Below, one piece after another: positions 15,201 through 26,100 of a stretch of 64,000 nucleotides of DNA (positions within the stretch are counted from its first letter, which is position 1; every line of letters begins with the position of its first letter). The notes below the pieces were generated by a model. It did no database searches. It was not told the origin of the DNA and saw nothing but the letters and a program-made list of their open reading frames with translations. This stretch comes from Bilabrum cf. latius (lineage: Eukaryota), in NCBI GenBank assembly GCA_965178125.1, contig OZ237736.1, forward strand, positions 1,240,001-1,304,000. The letters run 5' to 3'. A program made the position numbers and the translations under genes.

Positions 15201-16589
15201 GGATCTACAGGTGCCCCCAAAGGCGTGGTGGAGACGGAAGGCCGGTGGATGCTCGGCGTGCTCGGACGAGTTCCCGTGGAGCCACTTGTTTACCTTTCTA
15301 GCAGTCCCCTGGCGCACGGCATGGATCGCGGCATGTGCTGGGCTGGGCTGGTGGCCGGGGGGCGCATTGGGTTTAAGAGTTCGGTGATGAGCATGTACCA
15401 GGGTCTGTGTCGCCTGAACCCAACAGTGTTTGTTGCCATGCCGCATTTCTGGTCGGAGCTGTACGAAGATGCGAAGGACACCGGCATTGAGGCACCGCCC
15501 AGCGAGGGCGTAGCACCGTCGGAACCCTCAGAGCCATCAGCAGGTAGAGCTGCAAATGCAGGACAAAATGGGGGGGGTGAGAAAGCAGGAGAAACTGGCG
15601 CTCCATCTGCCGGGCAGATCCTGGCCCGGAGCCGCCTCGGCCGACGAATGCTCCTCGCCAACACCGGCGGAGCGCCCATCGCCCCGTCTGTACAAGCGTG
15701 GTGTGGGACCCTACTGGAAAGCAAGGTCCTGGGGAACAACTACGGCGCTACTGAGTGCCCCGGGATAAGCATGGACGGCGCCATCAGCTAGCAAGCAGAG
15801 CTCAGGCTCCGTTGCCTGGAGGACGAGGACGCGGAGGGAGGAGACCTGGGAGACGAGGTTGGCTCAGGTACCGAAAAGGATTCCATTAGAGGAGAAATCA
15901 TGGTTCGGAGCGTTCGAAATGCGCTTGGTTACTACCGCGAGCCGGGTTAGACCGTGTCTGCGTTCCATGCAGATGGGTGGTACGCGACTGGCGACATTGG
16001 CGTGCTGCGACGAACCCCGCCATTGCCACTGCCAGGTCCAGATGCCTCCGAGGAAGACATGCAGGCAGCATAGGAGCGAGAACAGCAGTTGGACGATGCC
16101 TTTCGGTGCGTGCTGGGCACCCGGCAAGTCTCGAGCCGGCTGCAGCACGAATGCGCGAGGCTGGAGATCGTTGACCGGATCAAGAACCTGATCGAGCTGT
16201 ATCGTGACGGCCGGTCGGTCTGGTTCAACGCAGCCCCCGTAGAGTTTGTGTTGTCGGGCTGCCCTGGCGTAAAGCATGTAGTGCTTGCAGGTAGGCGAGA
16301 CATGGAGCAGCTCGTCTGCGTAGTGTCGGCGGCGGAGTCCAGTGGTGGGGGCGCGCCTGGCGCCAGGGGGACAGGGGACGAGGGTAAAGCACTGCTCGCT
16401 GCGATACGCAGTCACGGTCAAGACCAAGGCGTGCTAGTCTGGCAGCTGCCTAGCGCCATCGTGATGGCCAAGGAGCCGTGGGATGCCCGCAGCGGACTGA
16501 TGGTCGGCCTTGGCAAGGTGTCCAGGCACAAGGTGCTCAGGCGATACGCAGACGCCGTTGCCAAGGTGTACTCTGTGTTTCGTGACTAA
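12237..16589 (+). CDS. AMP-binding adenylate-forming enzyme (long-chain acyl-CoA synthetase-like) with N-terminal extension and insertions, ~1450 aa
   Basis: WMTFGQV, NRPEWVEADMSC, FTSGSTGAPKGV, SPLAHG, NNYGATEC, RGEIMVRS..GYYREPG[TAG]TVSAFHADGWYATGDIG, IVDRIKNLI. One reading frame with ~12 TAGs, ending in TAA. Confidence 0.85.
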
Positions 16590-16913
16590 GCAAATCCCAT
16601 TGATTTGGCAGTGCAGACTGGTGCGGCACGATGGCAGAGTCGCCGAGTCACGTGGTTGCTTAAGCGCAGCCTCCGGCCATGATATTGCTCAATTGTGGGA
16701 CTTCTCCAGACCGAGACTATACTAGAAGGGTGCATGTCAGCAACGGCAAACGGTGGTCAGATCTTGTTTAGCACAGAGAGTATCAGCACGTCTTGCCCTC
16801 CAGTCACGGTTAGGTTCCGCAGCGTTTTGCGCGGCGCCGGAAAGCGTGCCGAATTTACCTCGATCCTCTACAGCCCAAGTTTGGGATCAAGCCAAACATA
16901 GTTTCGCCAGACG

Positions 16914-17786
16914 ATGGCGACAAGATGGAGGGCTTAGTTTAATAGAGCTGATGGGGTCTCGAAGGTACGAGGCGGCAGTCTGAGTTCGATGCACCTCTTG
17001 TGTAGCAGCATCTAGCTTTTGTACCACGCTCACCAGAATTGGTCTATGTTCGCAGGATCTTATCGCGGAAATTGATTCAAGCTCGGTGCGTCAATTGGTT
17101 TGAAGCTGAAAATTGCTCCAAAGTAGCAAATTGCACGCATTTCCCTAGCGGTTGCCTTCCCACTGATTTCGCAGCCAAGTGATTCCAGGGTTAGAAAGCT
17201 TCAGCGGGACCTTGATGCTAAAGTGCATGACTTGAAATAGCTACTTGATGATATCGAAGAGGACAGTGATGAAGACAGCACAGTGGGACGCGGAGAGCTG
17301 CAGCGAATGCGCCAGGAATACCAAACACTGAAATAGTTATGTGATGACGTTAAGTCGGGGCGGCGAGCACCTACAAAGGCTAAGCATAGAGATGAACGCG
17401 CAGCGCTGATGAGCGCTGCTGCACCGTCGCCTGCGTATGGGGCATCTTCGGGAGACGGAGCAGCTGCACCTGCCATCTCGGACAGGGAGGTGATGCTGAC
17501 GCAAGAACGCAAGATTGATGAGCAGAACAGGCTGCTTGAAAAGCTAGACAGTGGTGCGGATGATTTATAGGAGCTGTCTTACGGGATTAGCGACGAGACG
17601 GACAAGGGAACGGCCCTACTCTCGTCGCTCGAGAGGAACGTCGACGATGCCCACACCGGCTTGAACCGGGAGGCGAGGAGGGCTGACTATGTCGCGCAGT
17701 AGACAAACAATTGCTGGATGTACGGCGTGATAGCCCTGGAAATAGGCGCTCTGGTGCTGATGCTGATCCTGCACAAGGGGTTGTGA
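16914..17786 (+). CDS. Qc-SNARE, syntaxin-8/SYP5-like (absent from the ORF track)
   Basis: Exons 16914-16964, 17056-17085 and 17175-17786. SNARE coil QERKIDEQNRLLEKLDSGADDL[TAG]ELSYGISDETDKGTALLSSLERNVDD, C-terminal TM (CWMYGVIALEIGALVLMLIL). Five TAGs, TGA stop. Confidence 0.8.
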
Positions 17787-18176
17787 GCAAGGCTCGGGGG
17801 GTGCCATCTGGGTGATCACAAGAGGTGAGCGCTTGGCCCTGCATCGCACTGTTGCGGTTCGGTTCAGCATGACCCGTGCTTGTCTCAGTTATTATTCCCA
17901 TGCTCGGTGCAACAGCCAGTTTAGACTACCCCTTAAGATCCACACATGCGAGCTACTAGCCAACCAAACATCCTGGCCGCCGCGAGACACAGAGACCACC
18001 ACGCTATTTTTGTATGGCAATGGTTGCTTTGTTTACGTCTGAATCGATGGCCCATGATGCGAAGCAAGTCTGCACGCCGGCCAAGCCTGGCGGTCTGGGT
18101 TGCGTGCAGGTTCCGGTTGAATCTCGTTTATCCGCGATCCGAGGCTTCAGCCGCATTTCTCGCATTTATCTTTGCC

Positions 18177-18751
18177 ATGCGCGTCCTTGCCGCTCTTGCT
18201 TCTGCACTTGCGCTTGCACTCACTGTCCAGGCTGGATCCATCCACCTAACTGGGCATGATTTCGAGGAGAATGTGCTTAGTGAGTCATTTAGGTTGGAGA
18301 TTAAGGCGAGTATCATTATCAATCGGTCTACGAGCAACCACCGAAAACGTATAAATTCTTGCTTGTTTTGCCCCGTCCTTGCAGATGGAGAAGCTTGGAT
18401 GGTCAAGTTCTACGCGCCCTGGTGGTAAGCATGCTCAACAGCTGTACCGAGTACAGAGAGCCGCATACTTTTTTTTAAACCCCAGTTACATTATTTTATT
18501 TACGCAGCGGTCACTGCAAGCGCCTTGCTCCCGCTTGGAAGGAGCTGGGTGAGGCCGTGGAGTCCACGGACGGCCTCAACGTGGGCCAGGTCGACTGCAC
18601 GCAGCATCGCGACGTGTGCTCCCAGAATGGCGTGCGCGGCTACCCTACGGTCAAGTTGTTCAAGGACGGAGACAAAGAGGGAGAAGCATACCGTGGTGCC
18701 AGGTCTGTTGATGCCATGAAGGATTTCCTGATGTCGCAGAAGTCCGACTGA
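18177..18751 (+). CDS. Secretory single-domain thioredoxin/protein disulfide isomerase-like protein
   Basis: Signal peptide MRVLAALASALALALTVQA. WMVKFYAPW|CGHCKRLAP after splicing of introns ~18280-18384 and ~18424-18507. VDCT, GVRGYPTVKLF; TGA stop. Confidence 0.92.
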
Positions 18752-18901
18752 TCAGCAGGATATTCTTGGAGGTTCCCACCTGAGACAAGGCATGGACATA
18801 GATAAAGCAGAAGAGTAGTTGATTCTTCGGTTGACAGGCTTCGTCCGTTTCGTTCCTCTTTGAATCGCCCAGCTGCAACCAGATCAGATGTCTCCTCCTC
18901 C

Positions 18902-19949
18902 TCAGCTCGCCCCACCCCCTTCGCCCACGGCTACACCACCTGCGTCCTATTCAGAAGGGGCGCTTGTCTGCCCTGATGAGCTTCCCTCTGGTTTGCGCCC
19001 CGCTCCCGGGCCTGCATCGCTACTTCCCTAAGCATTTGGATCGGCCGCGACTGCCGAATCTGAGGTGGTCCCGACCACCGAGTCATGTGGTGCTGTGCTT
19101 GCATCTGCCTGTGCCGCACCACTCTTGGTTGCACTGCCGCCCGATGCACTGGTTGCGGGCTCCGCTGCACCGGCACCGCTGGCCGGTTCCTAGCCGCCGC
19201 TGCTGCCATCCGCGCTCGGTGCTCCTGCCCCTTCGGCGGTTTGCGCCGTGACTGGCGGCACGACGACTGGCTGAGCAGTTAGGTCTCGGACCTGCCATCG
19301 CGGACCGAATTTGATCGTGATGAGGGCGCCTCTGCCTGACGCACTCTTCGAGTCCTTGCGTGCGGACACCTCAGCGTTGAAACCCGCTGCTCTCAATGCT
19401 CCGCGTGCCACCCCAGCCATGAAAGATGCGCACGTAAATGATGCTGGGAATCCTCTGGCCGTCGTTCGGTTGACGTGGACGAAACGATCCGTGAGCGGAT
19501 CATCATCGAACAGGTTGACTGCGAAGACCAGCAAAAGCACCGACGGACCATGAACAAACTGCCGCATGCGCACGACGGTGCACGACGGAGCAATATACAA
19601 AATACGCGAGCTTTGTCTTACATGTACCAGCCTTCACTTGCGTTAGGTTTGACGCCTCATACCCGAACACAGCAGGCCACAACTTGAAGCGCAGCTTTTG
19701 TAAGATTTCGATGTGATCAGTCTCCCTTGCCTTCCTTACTTCCCGTCTACAGAGCCAAGCAAATGATTTAAAACCGACGCTGCTTCCCAAATCCTCCAGC
19801 TTGGCTGACAACTCCTTTGCAGAGGATGTTTGACGATAGTGCCGAACAATCTCAGAGAAAAGTAGCGCAAAGACCGATCCATCAAGCGTCCCGCTCTCCC
19901 GACGCAAGGTTACCTACGACAACCTTGCTGATATGGGGATGCGTTCCAT
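18902..19949 (-). CDS. TRAPPC5: TRAPP complex subunit Trs31/TRAPPC5-like with low-complexity C-tail
   Basis: SVFALLFSEIVRHY..ELSAKLEDLGSSVG, LWPAVFG, DPLTDRFV, TCASFMAGVARGAL..AGFNAEVSA. One intron (~19520-19625). TAG at codon 12 and in the tail; TGA at 18902. Confidence 0.78.
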
Positions 19950-20102
19950 GTTGTGGTAGCAGAATTGCGACAACTTTCTGGATCTTCTGTGGCCGCGTGA
20001 TCCGGATGCACCGATCTTGATGTGATGAGTATTTCCTAATCTGTGAAGATGAAGACACACTCGAGTCGATGTCCGCCCCGCCAGTGGGCCAGCTCACCAC
20101 CT

Positions 20103-22964
20103 TCAGTCAATCAGCTGCTCCTGCTCGCCCGCCTGCCCCCTACCTCGCAGCGCGAGCTTGAGCTCCACCGGCTGCACTGGGTCTGGCGGGGGTAGCGCCT
20201 GGTCGTCAGCAGCCGAGATGCCGCTGTAGAGCACGCCATCCGGCGTCACTGCTGCCCAGGCGATGCGTCGAGTGGAGTGGCCCACGGCCCAGCGCCCATT
20301 CCGGTCCAGCGCGATCACGCCGGACGCCCCCCGCACTCGGTGGAGCAGGTACCCGAGCGCCCGACGTATGGCCCGGCGGGGGTGCGCCGCATCCATGCCG
20401 GCAGAGAGATCATCTGTCCACGCCGAGCTGGACTCAGATGCGTCGCCGCGGTCGTTTCCATCGCCATCATTTCCATCGCTGTCACCTGCCTGGCTACTGA
20501 CTGTCGGTGTGCCCACGGTCGGCTCAACGTGACCTGCTGCACCGGAGCCCCCTTCCGCTACCCTTGCTTTCCCCTTGCCCTTGACCCTCGCTCCGGCCTT
20601 GCCGCGGCCCTTCGCCAGCCGTGCCTCGAACTGAGCCATGGAGCCGGGCTGTGGCGCCTCCGATTCCGAGTCCGAGTCCCTCTCCCACGGGTACCCATCG
20701 TCACGGTGGTCCTTGCCCTGGCCCCGGGCCCCAGCCCGTTGCTTGCCTGCCTCCACTTCTTCATGCGGTACCCTCCAGCCGCACCTCCCTGCCTCCAGGC
20801 CCTCAGCCACCCGCCTCGCCAGACTGACCCGCATGATGGCCTCGCCAAAGCCCGTCGCGCTCACAGCCCCGGACCAGTCATCCGCGAACCCGCCCGCACC
20901 CACGAGCGGCGAGTCACCAACCCGCCCCAGCAGCTTGTTGGTAATCCCACCCGTGCTGGTCGCGCTCGCAACGTGCCCTTGCAAGTCCAACGCCACTGCA
21001 CCCACGGTGTCGGTGCACGCACCGTCTCCTGGCCCGTCAATGTCAGCAACGCCAGCCTTGAGGGCGTCTGCATACATGACCCCCGCTGCGTCTTTCTTCG
21101 GCTGCTGCTCGTGGGCTGCGGGGGCAGAGCCGTTCGTTTTCATCGTTCTTGCCCTCTTCGGTGGGTTCTTAGGTGTGATCTCTGCTGCATCTGCCGCTGG
21201 CGACTTGCTGCTGTCCTTGGATGATGCGCGGCGGGCTCGTTTCGCAGGTAGCTTAGCCTTGCCGTTGCTCTTGCCGTTGCTCGCGGCACGCTTGCCCTTG
21301 CTCTGGCGGTGGTCGGCTTTCGCCTTCGCTTGCCCAGTAGCTTCCGCGGCAGATGTAGCGCTCCCTCGGCTCCGCTGCACCCTGCGCCTGTGGCTGGCCA
21401 CGGCCCGGACTGCAGCGGTGGCTGCCGCTGCTGCCACTCTGGCCACCTGCTGCTAGGCCGCTGCTGCGCGGCGTCGGGCTGTGGTTCTGCGGCCCTAGCC
21501 AAGCACCCTGTCGGCGGTGCGTCGCCTCCGTCTCTGGTGCATGGTGGTCCGGTGGCCGTAGCCAGACCGAAGCTGTGCCTCGGCAAGCTGCGCTTCTTCC
21601 TCGTAGGACTCGAGAGAGTCGTTCACGGAGATCATGCCGATCCCATCTGCATCGGCATCGGTGGGGGGGAATTCTCCGGCTGAGCTGGAGCTGGAGCTGC
21701 TGCTGGACGCATGCGTTGCGCTGATTGAAAGCCCACCGGGCCCATCCAGTCCCTCGGTTGCTCCTGCAACGGCACTCGTGGCCGCTGCAACCGCTGCAAC
21801 CACCGCTGTCTACTCCTCGGCAGCCGACATGCCCATCGCATCTTCAAGTTGCTACCCCTGCCCAGCGGTGGGAGGCGGGGGCATCCCAGTGGTGGTGCCG
21901 TCACCCTGCGCCGGTGACTACCCCCCTACGGCGATCGGAGCTGCCTCCTAGATTGCAGACACGGCAGCGGCCGCTGCAACCGTCGCTGCCATCCTCGCGG
22001 TGGACTGGTTGTGCGCGTGCACCTCACCCTCGCCCTCGGCGGCCCCAGCGGCGTCTGCAGTCTGGTTTGACCCCACGCCGTTCTCTCCCCCTGAATGGTC
22101 AGTTCCAGCAGGATGGTCCTGATCGACCTCCATGGGACTTTGGCCGGCTGCTGCTGCTGCTGCTGCAGGCTGCTTCAGGCTTTCCCCCGCCTGCACCTGC
22201 TCGTGCTCGCTGCCTGCCACGGCCACGTGGCCGGCAGGAAGGGCGGACGGATGCGCCGCCCCCGGCAGCACCCTGCCGTACACCAGCCTGTTTTCCCGGA
22301 GGAACGAAGCGAGCGATGTCCTCTCGCGAGCCGCCGCAAGCCGCTGCCTCGCTTCTGGTGTGACGAGTGCGCCGTGCTCCACGAGGTCAGCACCGATGTG
22401 CTTCGCAAAGGCATTGGCGCCTTCGCCGCATAGAAGAACGTGCTTGGTCGATTCCATTACGAGCCGAGCGACGCTTACTGGGTTCCTCGCGATCGAGATT
22501 CCGCACACTGCGCCGGCAGACAGGCGATGGCCGCAGCACACCGATGCATCGCATTGAACGATCCCAGTCGTCGTGAGGCTGCTTCCCCGGCCAGCGTTGA
22601 AGCTCGGGTCGTCTTCAAGGACGCGCACAGCAGCTTCAACTGCCTCCACGGCCCCAGTTGCATCGTCGCTCGCCCCCGCACCGAACTCGTGGCTCCAGGC
22701 GGCCTGCTTGCCGCTCATTCGAATCCACCCGGCAGTAGCAGCTCGGCGCACGCCTGCGAGAGCTCTAGGCACAATAGCGTCGGGCAGGTACCATCCACCC
22801 CCATGCACAATTATGAGTGGGGCTTTCTGCTTCGGAGCTACAGTCTCGGCCCCGCGTTTTTCAGGCTATCCCGAAGTGCCTTTGATTGTTGCACTTGCTC
22901 GCGAGCCTGAGGATCGCGCCTTTCGGCTCCCATTCGAGCCCTTGACTGTTCGTTTAGTTGGCAT
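20103..22964 (-). CDS. Isoaspartyl peptidase / type-2 L-asparaginase (Ntn hydrolase, ASRGL1-like) with long insertions, ~953 aa
   Basis: [56 protein letters not shown]; beta subunit [40 protein letters not shown]. Three same-frame ORFs joined by TAGs (22866, 21948, 21810, 21495, 21453). Confidence 0.87.
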
Positions 22965-23183
22965 GAAAGTATTGGTCCACCGTAGAACCTGGGGCTTGTT
23001 CACTCTACACGTGTAAAGTGGGGGAGGGCCGCAGAAAATAGGGCAATCTTCCGCCGTTCGCAGTCTTCCGTGGCGGAAGCCGGTAGCGAACCTCTCGACA
23101 TTTTGGCATGAATGGAAGCGTACTGGCCGATTGAGGTGACCCAAGGTAATTATTCGTACGATTTGATTATTGACCAGTTGAAT

Positions 23184-26100
23184 TCACTAAATTGTTGCCA
23201 TTGCGAGGGCAGACCGCAGCTGGTGAAACACTGCCGATCTTTCTGCGGCAACTTGCTACCTTCGTCGGGCCACATCAGCATGGAGCCTGTGAGCTTCCTC
23301 TTCTGACTGCCTCACAGCAGCAATATGCTTGCGGCGAGCGTGCTCCGCAGCTGCAGCTGCGGGAGACACCATGCTAGGGGATCCAGTCGGGCTCGACATT
23401 GGGGGTCCCAAGTCGGGCAAAGCACCTGCTTCCGGCTCGGCTCCACGCGAAATGCCAGATTGCCGCAGGTCCTTCGCCACTCCTGGGCGGTGCTACGAAG
23501 CGGGGCTACTTAATGCGTCCTACTGGTGGTTAGAGCGGTGTCGCTGCCTGCCGCTCGCTCTGCTCGACCTGCCAGTTGTCGCTGGCACCACCCGAGTCAT
23601 GCCGGCAACGGGAGACGCGAGCGCTTGAGCCCCTCCACTGGATCGCGGGCGCGCCCTAGCCTGCGTGCCTCGTTGAGGAGCCGCCCTTCTAGCAGATGGA
23701 CCCCTGCTGCCTCTAGAAACGGGTCCGTTGCCCTAGTGACCACCCCCCTGGTGGCCACGCGATGCCGTGGAGGAGAAGGCGGTGGAATTCCGTGTACTCC
23801 GTGAGCCCGATCGCGAGCCCGAGTGCGAGCGTGAAGGTACCAGGAGCCGGGGTGAAAAGGTCGCACCAGCCGCTTCGGACGGTAGCTGAGGCGCCGGTCG
23901 CTTGCGGGTCTGCTTGCCACGCATTGCACGCGCGGATGATTTGGTGGGCGTGCTGTGCAGTCGGTCGGAAGCGGCCTTTGCTCGAGTGCTGACCCGTCGC
24001 GGCCGGTCCGGGTGCCTTCCCACCGTGCTCACCGGTGCTTGAGCCCAGTCCATATCATCATCTCCGGGATAATCATGCCTGCGAGGCTGCTGCTGCGCTC
24101 TCCTCCTAGGGCTTGGAAACTGCGACCCGGGCGGCCGGACGTCTCCCGAGGTCGTCGTGAGGGGCACCCTTGCAGACGAAGGGACGGGGCCGCCGCCGTA
24201 CACGGGCTCATCCACATACTCGGTGCCATATACGGGCTCATCTTCAGCATCTGCGTCAAATGGCACGACCTTCAGCCCAATAGCCTCCGTAGTAGTCGAG
24301 TTCTGCCCTGCAGTGGCAGGCCTGCTGCCCAAGTAGCGCGCGATGAGGTCTTCGTCGCTGTCTTGCTGCTGCACAGGGGCGGGCGCTGCATCGAGGATCG
24401 GGACAGCGTCAGCTCCGTGGTGCGACTCGCTGGCTGCAGCTTGCTCCTACTCCTCTAGCTCGGCCTCTGCACGCAGTCGAACCAGGTGGTGAGCTGCAGC
24501 GGCCATGTCACCTGACAGGACAGCCTGAAGCACCGGTGCAAGCCTCTTTTCTGTTTCGACCGGGTCAGCGTCGCCGTGGTCCCGCAGGCTTTGGCTCGCG
24601 CTTCCACCAGCGTTTGGCTGCAAAGGCGAGCCTTCTCCGGACCGACCCTTCTGGGACGGACGTGGATGGGGTAGGTGGTACGCAGCCGTGCCACCAGTGC
24701 CACCTTCTGGTGCCGTGAGCTCGGGAGACTCAGACCGACGCTGCAGATCCCCAGCTGTCCCTACATCGACCACTTGCGCTGGCTACGACGCCTGAGTTGC
24801 GCTCGTTGGCTGCGAATGCGGTGCCTACGCCGCTGTTTGCTCCAAGGCCTGCAACTGGGCGGAAGTCACCGATGAATCTGAGGCAATGGCTCCTGCTGAA
24901 GACGCTGGAGCTTGAGCTTGAGCTTGAGCTTGAGCTTGAGCTTGAGCTTGAGCTTGAGCTTGAGCTTGAGCTTGAGCTTGAGCTTGAGCTTGAGCTTGAG
25001 CTTGAGCTTGACCTTGACCTTGACCTTGTGGTGGAGCTGGGATTGCGTCCGATACTGGAGGCAGAGGAGAAGCTGGGGCTGGCGCTGGTACCGGGGCCGG
25101 AGCTGGTGCCGAGGCTGGTGCTGGGGCTGATGATGTCGCTGTCGGCGCAGAATTTCGAGCCACCTTTGCTTGTGCTGCTGCAGGACTTAATGATGTTGGT
25201 GCCTCGGCCGATTTCATTCCTTTGGTTGCAGGCTCTTCAACCTGTGCTGCCTATGCCTTCATTGCAGCATCCGACGTATCAGCTACGGGGCCATCTGGAG
25301 GGGTGCGGCTTGAGTCCCTCCAACCGAGATCCTCGTGGGCTGCAGTAAGCCCATCCGCACTAGTAGCTGGCTTGACAGCATATACAAGCACATTTGACGC
25401 AGGTTGCGTTCCAAAAGAATCCTTCGCTTCTGGGCTGGGGGTGGCAGCCTCGCCGAGGTATTTCCTCGCGTTGGCCACAGAGCGCTACTTCAGCGCATCG
25501 AGAGCCTACTGCGACCTCCGAATCGCAGCTCCTGCGCGATCGTCAGATTCCGTCGCATCCAGCACGTCTGCAGCCTCACTCTTGTCGTCTGGCTTGCCCA
25601 CACCAGCCTCCTGCTTCTTCTCCTCGTCTGGCTTGCCCACACCAGCCTCCTGCTTCTTCTCCTCGTCTGGCTTGCCCACACCAGCCTCCTGCTTCTTCTC
25701 CTCGTCTGGCTTGCCCACACCAGCCTCCTGCTTCTTCTCCTCGTCTGGCTTGCCCACACCAGCCTCCTGCTTCTTCTCCTCGTCTGGCTTGCCCGCACCA
25801 GCCTCCTGCTTCTTCTCCTCGTCTGGCTTGCCCACACCAGCCTCCTGCTTCTTCTCCTCGTCTGGCTTGCCCGCACCAGCCTCCTGCTTCTTCTCCTCGT
25901 CTGGCTTGCCCGCACCAGCCTCCTGCTTCTTCTCCTCGTCTGGCTTGCCCACACCAGCCTCCTGCTTCTTCTCCTCGTCTGGCTTGCCCACACCAGCCTC
26001 CTGCTTCTTCTCTTCGTCTGGCTTACCAGGATTCACCACACCGATGCCGGGAGGAGGCGCAACTGCCGTGCCAGAAGCCTTGACAGCCTTCCCACGAAGA

